Part shown: piece by piece, positions 48,343-56,984 of the stretch
How the letters are laid out: each line of letters opens with the position of its first letter
Position numbering within the stretch: the stretch's first letter is position 1
IMG/VR virus record: IMGVR_UViG_3300021478_000016
Coordinates: 78,433 to 142,432 of that record
DNA length: 64,000 nt
Source of the DNA: a virus
Strand: one strand, 5' to 3'
Program-made: the position numbers and the translations under genes
The notes under the pieces: model-generated
Databases searched by the model: none
What the model saw: the letters and a program-made list of their open reading frames with translations, nothing else
Told to the model about the DNA's origin: nothing

Positions 48343-48803
48343 TTCAGCTCCTTGTCCTTCTTGGACAAGATCTTGGGTCTCAGGTCCATGTTGGTGTTGG
48401 CGATGAGCTGATCGAGTCTGTAGTCAGGGACACCGGCGATGCGTGCCAGCCGACGGACCTCTTCACGAGGCTTCCCACCAGCAATCCACTTGGTGAGCGT
48501 GCTGAAGAGAAGATGGTCGACGTCTGTCTGGAGAGCGTGGATGTTGCAGTGAAGGTTCTTCACGCTCTCGAGGTCTCCCTCGAGGATACGGACCTTCTGG
48601 TCCATGGCCGTCATGATGAGGCCTTCGAGGGCACGGGCGTTGTCGTTCGCGAGGTTGACGTACTGGTAGGTCTTGAAGGGGTCCGGTTCGGACAAGAGCA
48701 TCTCGTGAGTGACGGCCTGCATGTAGTGGATGGTGCTCCCGAGCAAGAACTCGAGAGCGTGTTGTACTGCGTACTGCTTGTCACCAAGCTGGATGTGACT
48801 CAT
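48339..48803 (-). CDS. hypothetical protein
   Basis: GGTATAAG plus GGAGG leader. Confidence 0.65.
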   Translation of the reverse strand: MSHIQLGDKQYAVQHALEFLLGSTIHYMQAVTHEMLLSEPDPFKTYQYVNLANDNARALEGLIMTAMDQKVRILEGDLESVKNLHCNIHALQTDVDHLLFSTLTKWIAGGKPREEVRRLARIAGVPDYRLDQLIANTNMDLRPKILSKKDKELN

Positions 48804-48845
48804 GGGGGTGCCTCCGAGCCTCTTATACCGGATCACATAGATAAA

Positions 48846-48931
48846 TGGGAGGCGGGCGACCTTTTGGAGGCAACCAGCGCGACTGCGGTTTGACCCTGCG
48901 CGCGAATTAGCACGGGTCGTCCACACTCCCA
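48846..48931 (+). ncRNA. candidate structured non-coding RNA/element
   Basis: TGGGAG/CTCCCA and GGGCGACC/GGTCGTCC outer stems; inner GCGCG/CGCGC; ORF-free gap. Confidence 0.35.
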
Positions 48932-48966
48932 GTTCTCTTTTGCCTCTATTGATCTCCCTTTTGCAG

Positions 48967-49004
48967 GGCTAAAAGAGAGGCTCCACCATGTGGTAGAGCC
49001 TCTT
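48967..49004 (-). terminator. intrinsic terminator ending TTTTAGCC
   Basis: AGAGGCTC..GAGCCTCT stem plus T tract on the minus strand. Confidence 0.75.
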
Positions 49005-49007
49005 GCG

Positions 49008-49373
49008 TCACGCACCCGGCTGACCTGCCGGCGGCATGGGCGCCGGCGCCATCAGACTGGCGAGCAGCGACAGCGTGACGAACCCGGTCGCGACCACGAG
49101 GATGACCGCGCCGCCGACGACCAGGACGTCCAGCGCCTGGCCCCAGCGGTTCGCCTCGATGAGGTCGAGCCGGACGATGTCCGCGATGAGCCGCTCCTGG
49201 TCGGACGACGAGAGCTGCTCCATGTTCTTGATGGTCTGGATGTCCCGCAGCGCGGACTTGCTGAGGACGGGCGCGGCGCCGGTCGGCTTGGTGTAGACCT
49301 CGGGTTGGTCGGCGTGGCGCTCGACGTGACGGTGCTCGGAACGATCGGTGGTGTGCTGAGTTTCTGCGGCCAT
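49008..49373 (-). CDS. membrane protein (C-terminal TM); possible longer isoform from 49517
   Basis: GGAGGCAA RBS; GGGATAAG at 49426-49433. Confidence 0.6.
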   Translation of the reverse strand: MAAETQHTTDRSEHRHVERHADQPEVYTKPTGAAPVLSKSALRDIQTIKNMEQLSSSDQERLIADIVRLDLIEANRWGQALDVLVVGGAVILVVATGFVTLSLLASLMAPAPMPPAGQPGA

Positions 49374-49575
49374 GATGATTGCCTCCATGGGGGTTGTATG
49401 ATCCCCGTTACCGGTCTTATCCCGGGTTGTGCTGGGATCTTGCCGATTCTGGGTCCTGTGACGTGGTTTGATGCCCGCCAGTTGCTCCACTGACGGGGGT
49501 TTGATGCCGTGCGGCATGCCTCCTCCGTGATACGTAGTGCAGTTCATCTCTATTATCCCTCGATCACCTCGAGGA

Positions 49576-49884
49576 TTATCGCTGGCTCAGGAGGTACCTC
49601 AGTTGGGCCTCTGGGATGAGGGGAAGGATCTCCTTTGCTCGTTGGACGGCCATCTCTTGTTCCTCGAACCGCACTGCGGTAGGTGCCGGCAGCTTCCCTT
49701 CGGCGATGGCCATGCGGATGGGGCTGTCGTAGATCTTCGCGGGGACGAGAACGAATCGAGGGTTGTCCTGAACGTAGTTCTGGAACTCCTTCAGCCCCTT
49801 CTTCGCCACCAGCTTGGTTGTCAGAGCCTCGGAGGCCTTCATCAGACCAAACCCGAGGAAGATCACAGGCAGAGCAATGAACAT
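49576..49884 (-). CDS. small membrane-anchored protein
   Basis: N-terminal hydrophobic helix; cassette leader. Confidence 0.65.
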   Translation of the reverse strand: MFIALPVIFLGFGLMKASEALTTKLVAKKGLKEFQNYVQDNPRFVLVPAKIYDSPIRMAIAEGKLPAPTAVRFEEQEMAVQRAKEILPLIPEAQLRYLLSQR

Positions 49885-49957
49885 GTAGTTGCCTCCAGCC
49901 CTCTTATTCCTGATCCAGTGGCTAAAAGAACAACTCGGGTAGTCCCCCGGGTTGTTC
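49885..49957 (-). promoter_or_regulatory. cassette junction: terminator / GGAATAAG / GGAGGCAAC
   Basis: Repeat of the junction. Confidence 0.8.
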
Positions 49958-49963
49958 CCTACA

Positions 49964-50197
49964 TCACACAGGCTTGCCTAGACGGCGTTCGCTAGGACGG
50001 AGGAACTCCCCATCTTTGTTGAACTGAAACGCAACCTCTCCAGCTCTGACTGTGTAGAGGAGCGTGTCCGCGACCATTACATCGTGGACGGTGGCCTCGT
50101 TCAAGAACTGTTGGATCTCCTCCGGACTGTAATCGTTGTACTTTCGAAGCAGATCCGGCAGGCTGGCGACGATCTTCTTCAGGGTGTTGAGATGCAT
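49964..50197 (-). CDS. hypothetical protein
   Basis: GGAATAAG (50218-50225) plus GGAGGCAAC leader. Confidence 0.65.
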   Translation of the reverse strand: MHLNTLKKIVASLPDLLRKYNDYSPEEIQQFLNEATVHDVMVADTLLYTVRAGEVAFQFNKDGEFLRPSERRLGKPV

Positions 50198-50279
50198 GGT
50201 TTGTTGCCTCCGATTCCCTTATTCCGCCTAGATTCCAGAAACTGCCCACCCAGGCACACCTGAGGTAGACTGAGCGGCG

Positions 50280-53200
50280 ATGCCCATCAGCAGCGCCGAG
50301 ATTGCGGGCCTCCAGGGTCAGTTCCAGGGCTCGTACATGCAGCAGGCCCAGTACTCTGGGATGATCGGCGGCATGATGAACATGCCTGGTCCCCCGCAGA
50401 TGCAGGGGGAGCAGATTGCCGGTGGCATGATGAATCGAATCGGGTCCGTGGCAGGCCCGGTTTCGAGCCTTGGGATGGGTCTTCTGGGTCTGGATCCCCT
50501 ATCCATGGGTCTTCGGGCGGGCATGGGGGCTTACGGGGCAGGAGCAGGGGTCGTTGGAGGGGCTGCTGCGGGACTGGGGGTAGCAGGGGGCATGGCTCTC
50601 CCCCTCATGGCTGCTCAGTATGCGGGATCTCAGGTCATGACCGGGGCCCAGCAACAGCAGCAGTTCAACGCTTCCATGCGTCAGTCCTTCGCCTTCAACA
50701 ACCCCTGGGGACAGGGCTTCTCCAACAACCAGTTGGGGGTTATGGGGGCTGACATCCGGGGGATGGCCGGTCAGACCGGCCCTGGAGGGGAGATCTCCAC
50801 CTTCCGAGAGCTCTCTACACTAGCCGCGAACATGGGCCGGATGGGTATGGCTACGGGGGTGCGGGATGTGACCGCCTTCCGGCAGCGCTTCTCAGAGATG
50901 CTCAGCACCGTCAAGACGATCGCCCAGGAGATGGGTACCACCCTCGAGCAAGCGCAGCAGGCCATGGCCTCCATGAGGGGGTCAGGCGTCTTCCGGACAT
51001 CAGATCAAGTCAAGTTCGCCATGCAGATGCGCCAGTACTCGGTGGGTGGGGGTCTTTCCACCGCTGAACTGGGGGCCATGGCGAACATCGGGTCGCAGAT
51101 CTCCCGCTCTGTTGGTGGGCGTGGCAATGCCGGGGCCTTCGCTGGGATGCGGACCCTTGGCATGGTCGGTTCCGCAGTCCAGTCCGGAACCCTATCGGAA
51201 GAGGACATCTACAACGCCACCGGTTTGTACGGAGCAGAAGGTCGTCAGGCTCTGGCCACCAGGCAGCTCGAGAGCAGCGCCAGCTTCCTCAAGTCGGGTC
51301 GTGGACGGTACTTCCTGGCCTCTGTTGCCGGGCGGGATGGCACTCTCGATGAGGAGGGTGTCAACGCTTGGATGAGCGGTGGCATGGGTGTGGGCGATAC
51401 GAAGGGCATGGCCAACCGGAATCTGGGCCGGACGGGTCGTGCGAACTTCATCCGGAACGAGGGCCGCCTCCGTGGGGCAGCCATGGAGAAGTTCGGGGGT
51501 CTGCTTCCAGCCATGGCTCTCACCCAGTGGGCTGGTGAGAGGGGTGTTGACGTCAACAGCATGGGCGATCGCGAGATGCTCTTTGCCTCTCGCCAGCTCG
51601 GCATGGGGATGGACGAACTCGAGGCCACGGTCAAGGAGGCCAGAGACCTCCCGAAGCTCATGGCCAACATGCAGACCGAGTCCCAGATGGACCAGCAGCT
51701 CAAGTCGATGGCCAATCGACGCCGCACGCAGGGCATCGAAGGGGTCAAGCGAAAGCTCGAGCAGGCCAGGGAGTCAGTCCAGAACGGTCTCCAGCAGGTC
51801 GGTGCGGAGATCTACACCAGTGGAGCTGACTTCATCGAACGGTACTTGAACCGCATGGCCGGCAACTACATCGAGACCTTCAATCCCGATGCGATCCGCG
51901 CCAGCATGACCGCCACCAGCATGAACCAGTTCGGCTCCATGACGGGCATCGGCCGGACCAGCAGGCTCGGTGGGGGGATGGTCTCGCCACCGTCTGGAGT
52001 CGCCGGCGCTGGGTTCTTTGGTCAGACAGGAGATAGATCTCCCGCTGGTCGATTGATGGCCCTCCTCGGGACCTCGGACTACGATCGCGCGTCGCAGGCG
52101 GGCTACGGCTCTCTCTTCTCAGGGCTCGAGGGCATGCGCCCAGGGACGGCGAAGGACAAAGGGGTGGCGGATGCCATCGCTCTGGCCCGGAGATCGTATG
52201 CCAACATGGCCAATCCAGCAGCCGTGCCGGCCTTCAGCTTCAGCGAAGGCATGCAACAGCACCTCCAGGACATGTACGCGGGTAGTTTGGGTGCGAAGCA
52301 GGGCATGGATCGAGTCAATGCCCTTCAGTCTGCCCTCGCAGCCGAGTCTGCGAAGGGCAACGCCGAAGCCACCGCAGCTCTCAAGCAGCTCCAGGCAGCC
52401 TCTCCGGACCAGAAGATGGCCGTGGCTCTTGGCATCGAGAAGGGTGGGAAGATCACAGCCGCTGCCAGGCTCAGTGCCCAGGACCCCCTCAACGTCTCCC
52501 TCACTGGAGGTCGATGGCTGAGCGAGGGTCAGCGCGCCACGGAGCGCGGCAAGCAGATGACTGGGCTCGACTGGGAGAAGGAGGGCATGAACAAGGCTGG
52601 TATCGGGGCGGGTCTGTTGGCTACAGGACCTCTCGGCATCGTGGCTGCCGGCGCTCTCATACCAGGCGCCGTCACTAACTTGATCATGCATCGTCGGCAG
52701 CAGCTTGCCGCAGGCGAATACACCGAAACCGCAGAGGGCAAGGCGTTCGCCAGGGCCTTGGCCTTCGGAGATAAGGACGAGCTCGCGGCTGCCATGCAAG
52801 CCATGCGTGCAAAGACGGCTGCTGCCCAGCAGGCCTTTGGCAAGACGCCACATGATGGCTCGAAGGAAACGCAGCTCAGGATCTCCCAGAGCGAACTCGC
52901 CGCAGGTCTGGTGGTCGAGGCCGCGGCCAAGAACAACCGCGCCCCCACGGACGCTGACCTGGATGCTGCTCTTGCGAACCCTGCTCTTGCAGGACTTGGC
53001 ATGACCAAGGAGACCCTGCGGAACATGGTGCAGGGCGTTCAGCAGAGGGCGATGGAGCAGCGGACAGAGGCCGCAGCCTCCTACGGAAAGGTCATGGCTC
53101 CGATGGGAGCAGCGCGGCTGTCTCGAATCAATGCCACAGGTCTGTTCGGAACCGATGGCCGTCTTGCGCTCTCCGGACAAGATCGAATGGGTCATACGGT

Positions 53201-53951
53201 CGGCATTCACGGAGGTGAACGCCAGACCGTCTTGGCCTACCAGCAGATGGTGCAGGCACAGGCTGCACTCGGCAGTGACTCCAGCCCGGAAGCCGTGGCA
53301 AAGGCGGAAGCCGCACGACTGAACTTCGAGAAGACCATGGGTGGCCAGGCCGGGGACTGGCGCTCCCTCATGGCCGGAGCGAAGCAGTCTGAGTCTCTCG
53401 GTCTCTACGACATTGCGGCAGAGCAACGAAGACTCGGTGGAGCAGAACGCGAGGTTGCTCGAGGCATGTCTCGAGGTCGAGGAGCTGGTGGGGTTCTGGG
53501 GGGGCTACTCGGTGTTCGCTTCGATCGGCAGAACGCAGAGCTCCTTCGTCGCATCAGCTCCGGAAACGTCGGCGCCAACCAGATCTCCGAGCTCCTAGAG
53601 CGCGCAGGTATGGGCGGCCAAGGTGCTGACCAAGACAAGTTGGTCTCGGAGCTCACGCGCATCTCGAATCTCAAGGGAGGCGAGCAGGTCAAGGCCCTGG
53701 CAGAGCTCAAGATGGGCAAGGGTGACGTCGGGGAGATCTTGGACAAGAAGCGCAAGGAGCAGAAGGAACGGGAGGACCGAGACAAGAACCCGGTTCTCGA
53801 CAAGATCGAAGGCCATCTGGAGAAGATTGCTACGACCCACGGTCGGTCTCTCGACCTCATCGCAACGAACACAGGCCTCACGGCTACCAACACGGACAAA
53901 GAAAACGGCGGCGGTGCTGGGCAACCCGGCCAAGGGCCGCCAGGGCATTGA
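50280..53951 (+). CDS. tape measure protein
   Basis: 1223 aa, helical, Ala/Gly/Met-rich with hydrophobic segments; upstream of baseplate genes. Confidence 0.8.
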   Translation: MPISSAEIAGLQGQFQGSYMQQAQYSGMIGGMMNMPGPPQMQGEQIAGGMMNRIGSVAGPVSSLGMGLLGLDPLSMGLRAGMGAYGAGAGVVGGAAAGLGVAGGMALPLMAAQYAGSQVMTGAQQQQQFNASMRQSFAFNNPWGQGFSNNQLGVMGADIRGMAGQTGPGGEISTFRELSTLAANMGRMGMATGVRDVTAFRQRFSEMLSTVKTIAQEMGTTLEQAQQAMASMRGSGVFRTSDQVKFAMQMRQYSVGGGLSTAELGAMANIGSQISRSVGGRGNAGAFAGMRTLGMVGSAVQSGTLSEEDIYNATGLYGAEGRQALATRQLESSASFLKSGRGRYFLASVAGRDGTLDEEGVNAWMSGGMGVGDTKGMANRNLGRTGRANFIRNEGRLRGAAMEKFGGLLPAMALTQWAGERGVDVNSMGDREMLFASRQLGMGMDELEATVKEARDLPKLMANMQTESQMDQQLKSMANRRRTQGIEGVKRKLEQARESVQNGLQQVGAEIYTSGADFIERYLNRMAGNYIETFNPDAIRASMTATSMNQFGSMTGIGRTSRLGGGMVSPPSGVAGAGFFGQTGDRSPAGRLMALLGTSDYDRASQAGYGSLFSGLEGMRPGTAKDKGVADAIALARRSYANMANPAAVPAFSFSEGMQQHLQDMYAGSLGAKQGMDRVNALQSALAAESAKGNAEATAALKQLQAASPDQKMAVALGIEKGGKITAAARLSAQDPLNVSLTGGRWLSEGQRATERGKQMTGLDWEKEGMNKAGIGAGLLATGPLGIVAAGALIPGAVTNLIMHRRQQLAAGEYTETAEGKAFARALAFGDKDELAAAMQAMRAKTAAAQQAFGKTPHDGSKETQLRISQSELAAGLVVEAAAKNNRAPTDADLDAALANPALAGLGMTKETLRNMVQGVQQRAMEQRTEAAASYGKVMAPMGAARLSRINATGLFGTDGRLALSGQDRMGHTVGIHGGERQTVLAYQQMVQAQAALGSDSSPEAVAKAEAARLNFEKTMGGQAGDWRSLMAGAKQSESLGLYDIAAEQRRLGGAEREVARGMSRGRGAGGVLGGLLGVRFDRQNAELLRRISSGNVGANQISELLERAGMGGQGADQDKLVSELTRISNLKGGEQVKALAELKMGKGDVGEILDKKRKEQKEREDRDKNPVLDKIEGHLEKIATTHGRSLDLIATNTGLTATNTDKENGGGAGQPGQGPPGH

Positions 53952-53959
53952 GGTAGTGC

Positions 53960-54262
53960 ATGAGCACGCAATTCGATCCCTTCGCACCCATCACTTCACA
54001 GGTGATGCAGACGCTTCTTCCGACCAGCGTCTTCACGCCGCCCCCGGATTGCGGTCCGGGGCGTGTCGAGAGTACCGTTCGCATACAGAGGGCTGGCAAG
54101 ATGTACAACTTCGTCTTCAGGGACAAGATCGTGCCCGAAGACTGGTACCTCACCGCCATGAAGGCTGCTGCATTCTCCATCTCCCGCACCGAGCAGTACC
54201 GAGGAGTGCCTCCGCCGCGCAACGTGCGTGACTTCCTGGTGAAGACCAACCTGATCACCTGA
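53960..54262 (+). CDS. hypothetical protein (baseplate region)
   Basis: GAGGT RBS. Confidence 0.55.
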   Translation: MSTQFDPFAPITSQVMQTLLPTSVFTPPPDCGPGRVESTVRIQRAGKMYNFVFRDKIVPEDWYLTAMKAAAFSISRTEQYRGVPPPRNVRDFLVKTNLIT

Positions 54263-54290
54263 CCTCCGGAATAAGAACCTCACGGAGGTC
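54261..54290 (+). promoter_or_regulatory. RBS-sequestering hairpin with an internal GGAATAAG promoter
   Basis: GACCTCCG / CGGAGGTC 8-bp inverted repeat enclosing GGAATAAG and covering the GGAGG. Confidence 0.75.
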
Positions 54291-54295
54291 TTTCT

Positions 54296-54823
54296 ATGTC
54301 TATGACGTTCTGGGATAGGTTCTATGAGCGGGTTGATCTGAATGGTCCTGTGATGCGGCCGGGCCTCACTCCGTGCCATGTATGGCAGGGAGCTTTGATG
54401 GATGGGTACGCCTGGACCTACTTTGAGGGCAAGACCCGTCGCGCACATGCCATTGTCCTAGAGAAGAAGATCGGTAGGCCCATCGACAAGGGCATGTGTG
54501 CTCTTCACCACTGCGACAATCGTGCTTGTGTGAATGAAGATCACATCTACGAAGGCACCAAGAAAAACAACGCCCAAGATCGTGAGATGCGAGGCCGCAG
54601 TAACCATGCCTTTGGATCTAGGAATGGGGCTGTCAAGCACCCAGAGATCCGTCAGGGTGAGAACAACGGTAGGGCAAAGCTGACTGAGGACGACGTTCGC
54701 TCTATGCGGACGCGTCATCGTGCTGGTGTGAAGGGTGCTACCCTTGCACGAGAGTACGGCCTGACCAGAACTACGGTTTCAGCCATCCTCCGGGGCAAGC
54801 TCTGGAAGAACGTGGAAGGGTAG
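54296..54823 (+). mobile_element. free-standing HNH homing endonuclease
   Basis: CHVWQG..GY..RAH..HHCDNRACVNEDHI..GTKKNN, GENNGRAKLT and a C-terminal HTH. Confidence 0.9.
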
Positions 54824-54887
54824 GTGTCCCATCACTGTTTTCATTGAGCTCACGCTGGACGACTTCGACAGGGTCTTCCAGCAGCAG

Positions 54888-56981
54888 GTGGCAAGCGGTC
54901 GAGCCGGGAACGGTGGCCGTTACGGTGCTGGCAAGTCGGTGAACGTCCGTCGACCCGTGCGTGGGTTGGAGATCAAAGACGACACGTATTGTATGGTGAA
55001 GGTCATCGATGCCGCAGGCAACGAGCTCCCGCTCTTCGACTCAGGAAGTCAGGGTGGGCGGACCACCCAGTATGCCAACTTCATCCTCCAGTCGGTTCAA
55101 GAGGTCCGGATGGAGAAGCAGCAGATCGTCGAAACCTTCGGTGACCCCTACATCTTCTTCTTCGGAGAGCAACCCAGGTTCCTTGACGTCACGGCCATTC
55201 TGATCAACAGCCTCGACTTCAACTGGCACGGAGAGTGGTGGTACAACTACGACAACTACCTGCGGGGGACGAAGCTCACTGAGATGGGTGCTCGCGTCTA
55301 CCTCTTCTACGACGACATCATCGTGGAAGGGTACATGCTGATGGCACAGTCGAACCTGACATCAGAAGGTCCGCTCCTCGCGACGCTCACCTTCCGGCTG
55401 TTCGTGACCAACTACACGAACATCTCCATCACCGGCAGCGACTACTACCCAGTCCGTGCCAGCGCGCAGCTCTTCACGTCGGTCGATCTGACCGCCTCGG
55501 ACTCTTCGCAACTCCTCACGCCTACCCAACCTGATCAACCCGTGCCCCAGACGGTGCTCAACCAGCAGGCCTACCTGGCCCTGCTCCAACAGACGGGAGC
55601 AGCACAGCTCGACCAGGAACTTCAGAAGATCTCCGGACTCGATGAGCTGACTGCCGAGGAGCAACAGCTCGCTGCTCAGAATGCCCTCAACTCGGCTCAA
55701 GGGTTTGGCGGGGGCGGCCTGCTTACCCAGATGCTCCAACTGGGTCTCCAGAGCACCACGTTCCCTGCCCAGAACATCTCAACGTTCCTCGACAACGTTC
55801 AGCAGGCCTTTGCTGCTGCGATGCAGTCGGCCTTCGGAGGCCCACAGGCAGACCCAAACTTGGTGCGACAGCTCCCGCTCCGCAGCAAGATCACCGACAA
55901 CACGGACGAGTACCTGAGTTGGGTGGGTACAGATACCTTGGCCCCTGGCGTGGCTCTGCCCACCCAACAGAGTCCGGGCGTCTTCGGTCCAGTCGGTGGT
56001 GACACCGAAGACATCGTGGACGAGCTCAATCGACAGGCCTGCATGCGGGGATGTCAGCTCGATCCCTCCAACTTCTTCGGCTTCGGTGTCGTGCCCTACC
56101 AGCCAGGCCAGGGCTTCATCACGAACGGGGCCTACGGGCGTCCGTCTGGTGCTGGCGGTGCGTTTGCTGGTGCTGGGGTGAGCATAGGCGGGGGTGTTGG
56201 CATCTCAGCCGGCGCCGGCTTCTCCGGGACCGTGGGTACCCCCTTCGCGCCTGGCGCCGCTGGAGGTGTCGGTCTGGGGGTGGGGGGTGGCATCGGAGGG
56301 TCGACGGACCTCATCAACCTCCAGCGCTCCAACGGCCAGTCGGGCTTCTTCGGAGGGTCGTTTGCCGGGCCTGGGAGCCCCTCAGGAGCAGGCATCTCCC
56401 CTGGGGTGGGCTACGGCTATGGCCAGGGCTTCGGCGCCGGCTTCTCGGCCTCCTACGGGTACACCGCTGGCGTCGGCGGGGCCTCGGGGGGAGGCATGGG
56501 CGGCACCTTCGGCCCCGGAGTGGGCGGTGGCCTCGGCGGGTGGGGTTCAGGGACGTACGGCAACCCCCTGTTCCGACAGTCGGGCAACCCTCTGGTGCAG
56601 AACTTCCTCCAGTCGCCGTATGGGCAGCCTACCGGGACACCCTTCGGCCTGCCTGTTACCGCCGCAGGCCCCCAGTCCCAGAACGTATATGCGTTCACGG
56701 CGGGCATCGGTCCGGACGGCCGCATCCAGACGGCAGCGTTCGGAGGTACGAACCCCTACGGAGTCGGCGCTTACGCAGGGCCTGGTTTCCCGGGTGGGTT
56801 CGGGGCAACATCGACGCTCTCCCCACCCACCATGTTTGGGGGATCTGTCGACGTGGCTGCGGTAGCCAGCTTCAGTGCGGGCATCTCTGGTGACGGCGCC
56901 TTCGGTGTCCAAGCGGTGGCTGGCACATTCGATCCCACTCTCCAAGGCGGCGGCAACGCTCCCTGCAACCTGGGGTACTAG
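54888..56981 (+). CDS. putative baseplate/tube-initiator protein with Gly-rich C-terminal half (true start may be about 54831)
   Basis: Tube-like N-terminal domain (FILQSVQE..EK.QIVETFG..YIFFFGE); follows the tape measure gene. Confidence 0.6.
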   Translation: MASGRAGNGGRYGAGKSVNVRRPVRGLEIKDDTYCMVKVIDAAGNELPLFDSGSQGGRTTQYANFILQSVQEVRMEKQQIVETFGDPYIFFFGEQPRFLDVTAILINSLDFNWHGEWWYNYDNYLRGTKLTEMGARVYLFYDDIIVEGYMLMAQSNLTSEGPLLATLTFRLFVTNYTNISITGSDYYPVRASAQLFTSVDLTASDSSQLLTPTQPDQPVPQTVLNQQAYLALLQQTGAAQLDQELQKISGLDELTAEEQQLAAQNALNSAQGFGGGGLLTQMLQLGLQSTTFPAQNISTFLDNVQQAFAAAMQSAFGGPQADPNLVRQLPLRSKITDNTDEYLSWVGTDTLAPGVALPTQQSPGVFGPVGGDTEDIVDELNRQACMRGCQLDPSNFFGFGVVPYQPGQGFITNGAYGRPSGAGGAFAGAGVSIGGGVGISAGAGFSGTVGTPFAPGAAGGVGLGVGGGIGGSTDLINLQRSNGQSGFFGGSFAGPGSPSGAGISPGVGYGYGQGFGAGFSASYGYTAGVGGASGGGMGGTFGPGVGGGLGGWGSGTYGNPLFRQSGNPLVQNFLQSPYGQPTGTPFGLPVTAAGPQSQNVYAFTAGIGPDGRIQTAAFGGTNPYGVGAYAGPGFPGGFGATSTLSPPTMFGGSVDVAAVASFSAGISGDGAFGVQAVAGTFDPTLQGGGNAPCNLGY

Positions 56982-56984
56982 TCC

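Noticed and set aside
45032-50225. CRISPR array or integron attC array
   Set aside because: The repeats are degenerate, separated by whole genes and explained by terminator, promoter and RBS; no cas or integrase gene is in the window
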